Below are positions 10,155 through 20,800 of a stretch of DNA of 64,000 bases, in pieces; within the stretch, counting starts at the first letter, position 1, and every line of letters starts with the position of its first letter. Position numbers and translations under genes: made by a program. The notes under the pieces are model-generated. The model did not search any database. It worked only from the letters and a program-made list of their open reading frames with translations, and was not told the DNA's origin. Source of the DNA: a virus; IMG/VR virus record IMGVR_UViG_3300005663_000028, positions 32,001-96,000 of that record; one strand, 5' to 3'.

Positions 10155-10535
10155 ATGTCTTTATCTGATACACGAGCAATTGAATTATATGCCCAGAGAG
10201 ACAGTTGTGCTGACATAGCTGAGATAGACGGTTGCAGTCCTACATCGATGTACAATCGTCTAAAATCGCTTGGTGTGAAAATGCGGACCAGATCAGAAGC
10301 TAATCAGATTTTTCCTGATTTTATATTCGTGGCCCTCTATAACATGGGCCTTTCTGTATCACAAACGGGGCGACTTCTTGGAGTAGATGCTTCAACGGTT
10401 ACAAAGCGGCTACACTCGATCAACTACCCTTTGCGGTCTCGCTGCGTAGCATCTAAAATTCGTTATACAGAAAAAGAATTCAAAGAATACTTTATGACAC
10501 GAAATGTGTTGGATAAACTAGAACAGATGGTTTAG
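10155..10535 (+). CDS. two-HTH DNA-binding protein
   Basis: Two HTH repeats (SCADIAEIDGCSPTSMYNRL; LSVSQTGRLLGVDASTVTKRL). Start moved to ATG 10155 because the track GTG lies inside the promoter motif. Confidence 0.55.
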   Translation: MSLSDTRAIELYAQRDSCADIAEIDGCSPTSMYNRLKSLGVKMRTRSEANQIFPDFIFVALYNMGLSVSQTGRLLGVDASTVTKRLHSINYPLRSRCVASKIRYTEKEFKEYFMTRNVLDKLEQMV

Positions 10536-10545
10536 GGGGTTTGAA

Positions 10546-10902
10546 ATGGCTTTAATAGGACAGTCTATCGCGGAATTTGATTTTTTCCCAGATGCGCCAC
10601 CAGCTATTGTCGGTGAGGGCGATTTGGTTACAGGACAAACTGTGAATATGGAATTGTGGGAAAGTGGTGTGGTTGTGTCCCTTACTGGTGCTAGCGGTTG
10701 TACGGAAATCAATAGCACAGGAAGGTATACTTGGTCTACCAGTGGTATTTCAACGTTAACAGCTAGTCGTCAACAATATCACTGGAGAATGTCGGATGGG
10801 ACCAATAGTGATGAAGGGGATTTTGTACTTGTTGCCCACGAGAGTCGTGACGGTGGCATGCCATCATTAAATAATAAGAGTTCGTACATTGTACAAAATT
10901 AG
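10546..10902 (+). CDS. stand-alone copy of a ~100-aa virion module
   Basis: VNMELW...SGCTEINSTGRYTWST...QYHWRM matches the C-termini of 10918..12405 and 13931..17845. Confidence 0.65.
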   Translation: MALIGQSIAEFDFFPDAPPAIVGEGDLVTGQTVNMELWESGVVVSLTGASGCTEINSTGRYTWSTSGISTLTASRQQYHWRMSDGTNSDEGDFVLVAHESRDGGMPSLNNKSSYIVQN

Positions 10903-10917
10903 AACGAAGGGATAGAA

Positions 10918-12405
10918 ATGGCCGTAACTAATGCATTTGTTAACTTTGGTGCAGAATATGAATTTTTGAGCGCAGATGGTTCAATCTATAATTCCCTGAA
11001 AGTATTGGATGATTCTACGTTTTTGCTTTCATATGATGATGGATCGGATTCTCACAAAGGTAAATCCAGAATTGCTTCAGTTAGTGGTACAACTATCACT
11101 TATGGTTCTATTTATGAATATATTAGCACCCCTGGCATTGGTAACTATGTAGATACAGCAATACTTACCCCGTCTAAGTTTATTTTAGCATTTACTGATG
11201 AAACGGACTCAGGACACGGTACCTTAAGGGTGGGTAGTATTAGTGGCACTACAATCACTTTTGGATCAGAGACAGAATTTCTTAGCACAGGTAGGGCTGC
11301 ATATCTTTCCATTTCTGCATTAGATGATTCTAGTTTTGTTATTTCATATGCAGACTGGTCGGATGGTAGAAAAGGTAAAGTAATTATTGGAACTGTTAGT
11401 GGAACCACCATATCATTAGGTTCTGCAACAACATTTTATTCATCAAATGAAGCTATCAATACTCGTACAGCTTCTTTCAATGCATCAAAGTTCGTTCTTT
11501 GTTATAAACAAGGGAATGCTGGAGATTTGCAGGGAACTGCAAGGATCGGAACAGTTAGTGGTACGACCATCACATTAGGTTCAGAGGTTGATTTCACAAA
11601 TATAGCGAGTAGTTCATCGTTTAGTATTGATGTCGATATTTTAACTTCGTCACGATTTGTAGTTTGTTATCGAGACGAAAACGATTCAGAACATGGAACC
11701 TCTAGAATAGGAGCAGTTGATGGTACAACAATAACTTTTGGTTCAGAGGCGGAATTTTTGCCAAGTGGTGGGGCTTCTCAAACTATTGTTGAAAGAATTA
11801 ACAACATCAATTTTGCAGTTTTTTATCAGGACGAAGCAGATTCTAATCACGGGACCATCAAGATAGGTACAATCGAAGATACCGACATCACTTTTGGAGA
11901 TGAAACTGAATTTTTAAGTACAAATGGAGTTAATTACATAAGTTTTGGAACATTAAGTGTAGACAAGTTAGTTGTAGCATACACAGATGTTGCGGATTCT
12001 AACCATGGAACTGCTAAGATAGGTTTAGCTACTGTTGGGGTTGTCATTGGGAATGCGGTGACAGGAGAGGTGTTGAGAATTATTCACCGCCTTCATAAAA
12101 CACAAGATCATGATCCGCAGTTATTCAACACTTTTGATGTCTCGCCTTCTGGTGTTAATATCCAGGTATGGGATATAATTGATGGGGCAAATAATCTTGT
12201 TTCGACCCCAATCAGTGGCTGTTATCAAATTGGTAGTACTAACACTTGGGGTTGGTCCACGGCGAATTTACCATTTACCCAAAGTCTTCAAAAATACCAC
12301 TATTACTTTAGAATGATCTCAAATGAAAATGAGTCGCAGTATGGTGAGTTCTTCATAACAGTACCAGAACAAGGACATCGATCCTATACGGATTGGGAGG
12401 GTTAA
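10918..12405 (+). CDS. virion protein with beta-propeller-like repeats and C-terminal shared module
   Basis: ~50-aa repeats with G-x-[VI]SGTTITFGSE; C-terminal SGVNIQVWDI module. Confidence 0.65.
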   Translation: MAVTNAFVNFGAEYEFLSADGSIYNSLKVLDDSTFLLSYDDGSDSHKGKSRIASVSGTTITYGSIYEYISTPGIGNYVDTAILTPSKFILAFTDETDSGHGTLRVGSISGTTITFGSETEFLSTGRAAYLSISALDDSSFVISYADWSDGRKGKVIIGTVSGTTISLGSATTFYSSNEAINTRTASFNASKFVLCYKQGNAGDLQGTARIGTVSGTTITLGSEVDFTNIASSSSFSIDVDILTSSRFVVCYRDENDSEHGTSRIGAVDGTTITFGSEAEFLPSGGASQTIVERINNINFAVFYQDEADSNHGTIKIGTIEDTDITFGDETEFLSTNGVNYISFGTLSVDKLVVAYTDVADSNHGTAKIGLATVGVVIGNAVTGEVLRIIHRLHKTQDHDPQLFNTFDVSPSGVNIQVWDIIDGANNLVSTPISGCYQIGSTNTWGWSTANLPFTQSLQKYHYYFRMISNENESQYGEFFITVPEQGHRSYTDWEG

Positions 12406-12942
12406 ATGGCTTGGACAACTGATTTAGTTTTAATGACCAGGGCCTTGATCGGCGATATTTCAACTCCGCAAACTTATGTGGATGAATATATTCAAAGAGT
12501 GTTGATTACTGCTGCGTATCAAGTTGATGCTGAGTTTGTGTTTGATTACGCCTATGTTTACGATATAGGTGCTATAACCATAGTTCCCGATCCAGTAACG
12601 AATAATGATTTTACGTTTATAGCATTAATTCCCCTGAAGGCGGCTTGTATTCTTAATCAGGGGGAATATAGAGCAGCATTAGGACAGGGTATTAAAGTGC
12701 GAGATGGCGATAGTGCAATTGATACTAGTGTTAGTTTTAAGGGATACAGAGATATTTTGGAGTTGGGTCCATGTGCTGCATATGAAAAACTGCGTTGGTC
12801 GCTACTAGCATCGGGTGGTGTTGGTGGGTCTGGTGTTGGCAAAGCCGTTTTTGGACCTTACCGTGAATCCGGTGGTAATGCATTAAGTACAATATCGTGG
12901 TATTATGATCAATTTGTAATTGGTCGAAGAGATCGTTCATAA
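12406..12942 (+). CDS. putative head-tail adaptor
   Basis: N-terminal MAWTTDLVLMTRALIGD typical of connector proteins; position in neck module. Confidence 0.55.
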   Translation: MAWTTDLVLMTRALIGDISTPQTYVDEYIQRVLITAAYQVDAEFVFDYAYVYDIGAITIVPDPVTNNDFTFIALIPLKAACILNQGEYRAALGQGIKVRDGDSAIDTSVSFKGYRDILELGPCAAYEKLRWSLLASGGVGGSGVGKAVFGPYRESGGNALSTISWYYDQFVIGRRDRS

Positions 12943-12972
12943 AGAGCGGAATATTAATTAGGGAGGTAGAGA

Positions 12973-13929
12973 ATGGCAACTTACTATGTAGATGGTGCAG
13001 TGGGTGCCGATGGAAACCTGGGCACCTCTGCGGGTGCGGGTAACGCTTGGGCTACTATCGATAAGGCGATGAACACAGTCGCCGCTGGGGACAAGGTGTG
13101 GGTGAAGGACTCCGCTGCGTACACGGAGAGTCCTACTATCGACACGGCCGGAACAAACGCTTCGCCAATCGTATTTGAGGGCTACGCCGTTGACACTGGG
13201 GATGGTGGACAAGTTGCTGTAACTGGTAAGATTGAGGATACTCTTGCTAGTGTTCCCGGCCATTACTGTTTTAAGAACTTCGATATCGACGGTTCTAACC
13301 GTTGCGTAAATCTTTCAGTGGGTTTTATTACCTTCCGCAATTGTGTTTTTCGGGACACCACGGGAGGTGGAGTGGTTACTACCGGCGGCAATTTTGTTTT
13401 TTACGAGTGTGAGTTTCTTGATTTACCAGGCGACGGCTTCAATAGTGTTGAAACTACCGGGCTAAACGTATTTATCAATTGCAAGTTCTACCGAATAAAT
13501 GGAAACGGTATTGATGCTTCTGCGAGTACCATTTGTTTCAATTGCGTGTTTTTCTCTTGCGGTACTAACGCGGTTATAGCCGGGGACGCTGCTAATGGTG
13601 TGCTAGTGGCCTTAAATTGTACAGTGGACGGGGACGGAAAAGATACGGTCAGTGGAATTACACGGTCTCCCGCTAATCCTGGAAGCCAAGTGGCGGTCAA
13701 CAACATTGTCTACGATTGTATTACAGGTATCGACTGCAACCACGGGGACCGCGATATTCTTGTTCACAACCTCGTGAATGCCTGTACAACAGCCTACGCC
13801 AATAGTGCCTCCGATCAAGAGGGTGGCGTTTCCAGTGCTCCTGACTTTGTAAATGAAGTTGCGGGTGCTGATTATTCACTGAATGATGGGTCTCCAGCTA
13901 TTGGAGCAGGCACAGACGCCGGAGGTTAA
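12973..13929 (+). CDS. right-handed beta-helix (pectin-lyase-like) virion protein
   Basis: YYVDG...GNAWATIDKAM...AGDKVWVK N-terminus, FxNCxF repeats, C-terminal DYSLNDGSPAIGAG. Confidence 0.75.
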   Translation: MATYYVDGAVGADGNLGTSAGAGNAWATIDKAMNTVAAGDKVWVKDSAAYTESPTIDTAGTNASPIVFEGYAVDTGDGGQVAVTGKIEDTLASVPGHYCFKNFDIDGSNRCVNLSVGFITFRNCVFRDTTGGGVVTTGGNFVFYECEFLDLPGDGFNSVETTGLNVFINCKFYRINGNGIDASASTICFNCVFFSCGTNAVIAGDAANGVLVALNCTVDGDGKDTVSGITRSPANPGSQVAVNNIVYDCITGIDCNHGDRDILVHNLVNACTTAYANSASDQEGGVSSAPDFVNEVAGADYSLNDGSPAIGAGTDAGG

Positions 13930-13930
13930 T

Positions 13931-16900
13931 ATGGATATCGGAGCTATTCAACGTAACGGTATGGATATTGGAGCAATCCAATCTACTGCCTCGCCATCGA
14001 CTTCTGGGATAACAGTTTCTGGCAATCTATATATTGAAGGAACTATTAAATCAACAGACAATATAACACTATATACATTTGGGCGAGATACTCGCTATTG
14101 TCTATATTCTGACAATGTAGTTTTTTATCATCCATGTAATAACCGCATAGAAGACACACAACAATTACTATGGAATGAAAATGCCGTTACACTTTCTGAA
14201 GGTATACTCGTCAGTGGGATTACCACAACTACAAGTGGTTTAACACACATGACTTACGATAATCAGAATGGTCGATACCAAACACTGGAGGGTACGACTA
14301 GTTTTGCTGTTGCATTTTGGACCAGATATTTCTTCAGGACTGGGCCGGATGCAAATATATTTATTGGAAGCTGCTCTAATTCCGAAGGAATGGACGTCAC
14401 AGATGGCTTGCACATACATGGTCAAAACGGCAAGCCGTACGTTCACATTAACGGAGATGAAGGTACCGGAGGAAGTTCCCTCAATCCAACACCGACAGAC
14501 GATGAGTGGCATTTTGTTGTTCTGTATACAGAAATATCCGGTGGTCAGTGGCACACATACGGAAGTATAGATGCTGGGGAATTAAATCACCTTACTTCTC
14601 AGGGCAGTATTTTTGCTCCAATGAGTGGGCAAAGATATTTTTTGATTCACATAGAAGATGTCAACGAGGCATCGCCTGCTCCTATAATAGATGAAGTGAT
14701 AGCCTGGACCGGATTGGCTTCGCCATTTACTGCCGATGAAATTCTTGGTTTAAGAGATCGGGTTTGGGTTCATGGTATTCCAATGGATGCAAATATGGAC
14801 CACCTTGACTCGACAAGTAACTTTGATTTGTTTGTTGAGGGATATACTAATTTCACAGCCTCTGGTGATATGTTTATAGAAAGTACTATACAAACAACTG
14901 CTTCTGGAGATATGTTTACGTTTGGAAGATCATCAGATGGTATGCTAAGACCAAATGATGTTGTCTTCTATCATCCTCTTAATGATAATCAAGAATACAC
15001 CGTCCAGAGTGTGTGGTCTGGAGATGCTAATTTTGTAAACGGACAGATAGGTGACGCATTAACAGCAGAATTAATGATAGGCCAATATGGAGATGCTATA
15101 GAATTTAGTGCTAGTAGCAACTTGTATACCTCAATTGAAAGAATAAGCGATAGTACTTTTGTTGTAGGTCACAGGGGGCTTGGTAGTTCTGGTGTGGCGA
15201 AGATAGGAACGGTTACTGGCCAAACGGCAGTGCTGCATGACGATGCTGTTTTTGCGGCAGCAATTGGTCTTAATGACATATCAAGTATCGAAGAAGATAG
15301 GTTTGTTGTTGTCTACGAAGATCGCGACTTACCTAACCATGGGTACGCAAAAGTTGGGTCTATTAGTGGTACAACCATAACATTTGGTGCGTCTGGTGCA
15401 TACATGTCTGATACAGGCAGCCTCGGAGCACCAATGTCTGTGTCTTTTTTAACCCCATCTTCGTTTGTGGTTGCTTATCAAGAGGGTTTGTCTCCAAACG
15501 ATGAAGTTGTCAAAATAGGAACTATGTCAGGTACAACCATAACATTTGGCTCTGGATACACATTTGCTCCGTCAGGAAATTCGTCATATGTAACCGTAGA
15601 CAGAATGTCTGATACAAAATTTGCAATTGCATATACCGACCAAAACGATGGAGCGAAGATAAAAGGTATAATAGGAACTGTTTCTTCTAGTGGGACAGTT
15701 GATTTTGGAGACGCAGCACAGTTTGCTACGAATGGTAGCAATATAGGTATGGCTATTCTAAATAGCGACCAAATAGTAGTTGGCTATAGACAGGGTTTTG
15801 CTAGTCTTGCTGGCGAATCTAAAATAGGGAGTGTGAGTGGAACTACTATTGGCGTAGGGGCTGCTTCACTGTTTTTGACTACTCAAGTATCCAGAGTAAC
15901 CATGAACAGAGTGAATGACACCGCTTTTCTGGTTACTTTTAGGGACGGAAGCAACGGTTTGAGTAAGCTAGGTACAGTTAGCGGTACTACGATAACATAC
16001 GGCGAAAGCTCTGAGTATTACGCAGTTGGTCCTACCCATATAGACTCAACAGTTTTAACAGAAAGTGTTTCTGTGGTAGGTTTTACTGCTAATGTTGGCA
16101 ATGGGCTGCTAACACTAAATCCACTCGACAATTCAAGTAATCTGTCTAGCTTAAGTGATGTTAACGAGTTTGTATATCCTGGCGTGTCTGGGAGCAGTCG
16201 TATCACAACCTGTCTGTGGGGGAACAATCCTACTTTGCAGCTATCTGCTGTAATCATAGAAAGAGGACAAAAAATAACACTTACATCCGATGAGGTGTCT
16301 TTAGGATCAGGTACCGTCTATTGGAATGGGGACAATATATCTTCGATGATGTCGGGGGTCAATGATGGGTTAAATCACTTATTGGTTTTAGATTTTGAAA
16401 ATACTTCTGGAAACGACTGGAGACTAAACACATCTGTTGATGGTGTTGGTTTTGTCGATCAAGGACTCCAGTCTAGCGGGTCTCAGTCCGTAGATGTCAC
16501 AGATACTTCTCCAGGTATTATAATCTCTGGGGTTAGTACATCACAATGGATAGACGAGGTTGTTGTCTGGGCTGGTGATAAAAATGTATTAACTCAATTC
16601 ACATCGACTGAACTTGATAGATTATATGCATTAGGACAATTTTTCGTTGAACCAATGCCTAATTATGATCAACGAATTCCCGTTTCGTCTGGCTCTAAAA
16701 GTCTTTTTATTGAGGGAAGTGTTTCTGCATTTATATCAAATTCGGCAGACCTATACATAAGTAGTTCAGAAGTCGATTCTAGTACAACATCTCTATATGT
16801 AAGAGGGAAAGAAAGTTTAACTGATTCGTCCACTCTGTCTATAGAAGGTCACGGCACAGAAACTCAGTCTGCCAGTCTATTCTTACATGGACTTGAAACA

Positions 16901-17845
16901 ATCAATGAAGATAAGACTCTATTCGTAGGTGGTCATGATACAGTCTTGGCGTCAGGCGAATTGTATGTTAATGGGCATATACCGACAATTGCTTCCGGGG
17001 AATTGTTCGTCAATGGACACAACACACCAATAGCATCTGGAGACATGTTTGTCGAGGGACTTGGTTTTCAAACTGCAACATGTAGTTTATATACAGCGGG
17101 ACCAATGAATATAGTAACAATATCCGGCAACTTGTATATTGCCGGTTGGGATACTTTTACTAGCTCTAGTGATCTGTTTGTTGAAGGACATACCCCATCA
17201 AACGGGAACTTCGATCTATTCACAACCTCTCATGAAATCGTCATAGCTTCGGGAGATATGTTCATCGGCGGATTAACCGATTCTCTGAATGATTCTGCAA
17301 CGTTGTTTATACATGGATGGGATAGCCTGGCGATATCTGGGGACATGGTAGTTACTGGACACGAACCGTTTGTTGCTTCTGAAGACTTATTCACCCTTGG
17401 CCTTACTTCATCTTCTGATTCAATTGGGCTATACACACAGGCGGGTTCGTTTGATTCTATGAATCTATTCATTGGTGGCGCAGCCGCTGGTGGATTAGCT
17501 CGGCCATTAGATTGGTTAATGAGGACATCGGATTATTCTCCGCAACTTATAGGAACAATGGATACAGTGGCGAGCGGTGTTAATATTCAGGTATGGGATA
17601 TCACCAATGGACAAAATGCATTAGTATCTATTACTAGTAGTGGTTGTTATTCCATTGGTGATACCGGTAGATGGGGGTGGTCAACTGCTAACTTATCAGG
17701 ACCACAAATAGACACAAGACAGTATTTCTATCGCATGACTTCTGATACAACCGAGGTATTTGACGGACAGTTTTTCATGAAAACTCCAGAAAAAGTAAAA
17801 TGGATTCATCCTGATGATCGTTCAAATTATTTGGTAATATTTTAG
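13931..17845 (+). CDS. large modular fibre-like virion protein (LamG-like domains, propeller insert, 14-aa shaft repeats, C-terminal module)
   Basis: Start at 13931 with RBS GGAGGT; two FYHP...IDEVxxW LamG-like domains; SGTT[IV]TFG repeats; ASGDLFVEGH-type repeats. Confidence 0.7.
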   Translation: MDIGAIQRNGMDIGAIQSTASPSTSGITVSGNLYIEGTIKSTDNITLYTFGRDTRYCLYSDNVVFYHPCNNRIEDTQQLLWNENAVTLSEGILVSGITTTTSGLTHMTYDNQNGRYQTLEGTTSFAVAFWTRYFFRTGPDANIFIGSCSNSEGMDVTDGLHIHGQNGKPYVHINGDEGTGGSSLNPTPTDDEWHFVVLYTEISGGQWHTYGSIDAGELNHLTSQGSIFAPMSGQRYFLIHIEDVNEASPAPIIDEVIAWTGLASPFTADEILGLRDRVWVHGIPMDANMDHLDSTSNFDLFVEGYTNFTASGDMFIESTIQTTASGDMFTFGRSSDGMLRPNDVVFYHPLNDNQEYTVQSVWSGDANFVNGQIGDALTAELMIGQYGDAIEFSASSNLYTSIERISDSTFVVGHRGLGSSGVAKIGTVTGQTAVLHDDAVFAAAIGLNDISSIEEDRFVVVYEDRDLPNHGYAKVGSISGTTITFGASGAYMSDTGSLGAPMSVSFLTPSSFVVAYQEGLSPNDEVVKIGTMSGTTITFGSGYTFAPSGNSSYVTVDRMSDTKFAIAYTDQNDGAKIKGIIGTVSSSGTVDFGDAAQFATNGSNIGMAILNSDQIVVGYRQGFASLAGESKIGSVSGTTIGVGAASLFLTTQVSRVTMNRVNDTAFLVTFRDGSNGLSKLGTVSGTTITYGESSEYYAVGPTHIDSTVLTESVSVVGFTANVGNGLLTLNPLDNSSNLSSLSDVNEFVYPGVSGSSRITTCLWGNNPTLQLSAVIIERGQKITLTSDEVSLGSGTVYWNGDNISSMMSGVNDGLNHLLVLDFENTSGNDWRLNTSVDGVGFVDQGLQSSGSQSVDVTDTSPGIIISGVSTSQWIDEVVVWAGDKNVLTQFTSTELDRLYALGQFFVEPMPNYDQRIPVSSGSKSLFIEGSVSAFISNSADLYISSSEVDSSTTSLYVRGKESLTDSSTLSIEGHGTETQSASLFLHGLETINEDKTLFVGGHDTVLASGELYVNGHIPTIASGELFVNGHNTPIASGDMFVEGLGFQTATCSLYTAGPMNIVTISGNLYIAGWDTFTSSSDLFVEGHTPSNGNFDLFTTSHEIVIASGDMFIGGLTDSLNDSATLFIHGWDSLAISGDMVVTGHEPFVASEDLFTLGLTSSSDSIGLYTQAGSFDSMNLFIGGAAAGGLARPLDWLMRTSDYSPQLIGTMDTVASGVNIQVWDITNGQNALVSITSSGCYSIGDTGRWGWSTANLSGPQIDTRQYFYRMTSDTTEVFDGQFFMKTPEKVKWIHPDDRSNYLVIF

Positions 17846-17874
17846 TGGCAAATACTATTCATAGGTGGTAAAAG

Positions 17875-20800
17875 GTGGCATTACGTACATACATTGAAGC
17901 TTCCGGATCATGGATGAATCCTTCTGGTCCTACAGACAATCAGTGGTTAGAGCACGATTTGTCTCAGTACGGTGTGCCATCAGGTGCTGTGGCAGAAATA
18001 GCTATATCTAATATTGGCCCTCTTTTTCCCCAACTCGGAGGGGTTAGAGCTACTTCTGGTTCTATTAATCGCTATGTTGATATTATGAAATCAGAACCGA
18101 CTCCCGGCGATACATTTGTTACCATGAATGTTCAGGTAGATGCAAGTGGTAGAATTGATTATTTTTCAGAATTATTCATTTTTATTAAATTTGATCTCCT
18201 GGGATACTGGCCTGGGTGTGAATATGTTGAAAGAATTGATACGTTCGATCCAGTTGCAACCGGAGCTTGGGAAGGGTATGCATTAGATCAATATGGAGTT
18301 AGTGATGGTCAAGTAGTTGACATTCTTATGACCAACAGCGAAGATGACTTTGCTAACAACATGGGTGTTAGAACTAGTGGTTCATTCAGAAGTGAGTTAT
18401 TCGATCTGTCTGAAGCTGAAGATGGTGGTTTTAATCCTCTTGCCATACCGGTTGTGTCTAGCGGAAGTAACTCTGCAATTGAGATTTATACTGAAGACCC
18501 AGCAAATACTGAATTTGGTTTACTTGGTTATTTTTCAGACCCACCAGGAACTTTTGTTGAAACCACTGTATTCTATCCAGAACCAAGTGCTTCTGGTAGT
18601 TGGTCATCACTAGACGTTGGATCGTCTGGCTTGCCAAATAATGGCGTAGCATGTTTAATTGTTGGTAGAGGTTTGAATAGTTATGCTCAGGTTGGTTTGC
18701 GAGAAACAGATTCAGCGATAAATAGATCGTTTGATCTAAGTTTCTCCGAAGAGTCTAGTGGTAGGTCTTATCTATCGATGGCTGTAAATATTGATTCCAG
18801 TGGATATATTGAACAATATTCAAATGTCTTTTCTCCCGATGAACCACAGTTTGTTTGTGTCGGGTATTGGACTGATTTTATTAACGATTTATTAGTACCC
18901 ATTAATAATTCGGCAAACTTATTTATAGAAGGACATCGTGTTGTTTTATATAAAGAAGTTACCAGTATAGACAAAAGTCCCTTAACAACCGGGAGTTGGC
19001 AAACTGTAGATTTATCTTCTGGCGGATGTTCTCCTAACTCTGTAGCTGAAATACTTGTTGGAAATAAAGATACTTCACTTGGTGCTTATCTAGGAGTAAG
19101 AGCTAGCGGTTCAAGTTTGGATAGACATCTTTATTTAAGAGATTCCCCGCCATCTACCGGTAATCGAGATATTTACACGTGGCATGTTGCACTTAATAAT
19201 GATTCTAAAGCAGAAGTTTTTAGTAGCGGTGTCGTTGCAGATAATGACGACGTAAGATGTTTTGGATATTGGACTGGATGTAATTATGTAGAACTTTATG
19301 ATACATTTCAGATAGATACTCAAGGTGGATGGGTTAATCATAATTTATTGACATATGGAGTTCCTGTCGGTAAAGTGGTAGAAATTGTAATTATGAACGA
19401 GAGTATTTCATCACCTTACAGTGGTGGAGTAAGACAGGTTGGTTCAACTCTAAATCGTTTAGTTGATCTAGTTGGTATTTTTGGAAATTCTTCATCTAAA
19501 GTAGATGCTATTCCGATGTTTGTTAATACAAGCGGGGAGAATAGCACCATTCAAGTATATGCAGAGAGTTCTGGGTCAATGAGTTTTGGGGTGGTTGGTT
19601 ATTGGCAAGACGAACCCGGATTGTTTACCGAATTAATTACTTCAATAACTCCTAAACCAACGACTGGCTTGTGGGAGCAATACGACTTATTCACAGATAA
19701 CAGTATACCATCTGGCGTAGTTGCACATATTGCATTAGGAAATTCTCTACATAGTAATAACAATATTCTTGGAGTTAGAGGAATTAATACAAATCTAATT
19801 CAGAGATTACAACTAATTAGAGCAACAAAGGATTCTGCATCATCCTATTATGGTGTAGATTTTTATACATCTCACGTAAACGTAACAGATGGATACGTAG
19901 AATTTTATCACTTCAGATCAGCATCTGATACACAATTCACTGCGTTAGGGTATTGGGATATATTTCAGCAGGGGGGGGGTATAGTGTCTAATATATCTTC
20001 GTCTGGCTATCTGTTTACAGAAGGAATCAGCTTTTCCTCTGCGTCCAGTGATTTATTCACTCAGGGACATAAATTAATTGATTCATCTGGCAATCTTTAT
20101 TCCAAAGGACACACACAATTTAGTGAACAACGTAGTCTGTATATAAATGGACTATCTCTATTTTCAACGTTAGGAAATTTGTTTATAACAGGCACTAAAC
20201 TGGTAACAGCTTCCAGCAACCTATATATTCAAGGTGGTGTGAGTTTGACGCTATATGCCTGTGGGCACGAAGTCGCCAATGAACAATTAGATTTATTCAC
20301 ACATGGTATTGTAACTTTTTCAGACTATCGTGACTTATTTGTTCATGGTTACGCGAATATATCTGGTTCTTGTGTTTTATACACCCATGGTTCGGGAATA
20401 ATAGATTATAGTGAGAATTTTGGCTTGTTTGTCAATGGGTTTGAACCAAAACCTAGTATTTCCTGTCCGATTCTTGATACTTCGGCAGCTATTCAGATTA
20501 AAACTTCTTTAATCACTACTTATCAAAACCATATAGATGCGTTAATTAATCAGCTTGGTAAAAATGTAAATTTGGAATTTGATCCAATTAGAGAGCCGTG
20601 CCCGAATTGCGAATACGATACAATCAGAAATAGATCGACAGGTATCTATATTCCAGATGGACCCCGACCATTTGCTAGGGGACGTAGATGTCCATATTGC
20701 AAGGGTAGAGGTTTTACGGAAACGGCAGTTACAAAGTGTATTAAGTGTTTGATTCAATGGAATCCAGAAGACGCTGAAAAATATGACATATCAGTGGAGA

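Noticed and set aside
12973-13929. Higher GC in the beta-helix gene as evidence of recent transfer
   Set aside because: Uneven (35/60 at 13021-13080, 20/60 at 13441-13500), and the capsid gene is also GC-richer; needs a computed profile
13883-13930. Track start of the 1320-aa ORF at 13883
   Set aside because: Overlaps the beta-helix gene; RBS GGAGGT points to ATG 13931
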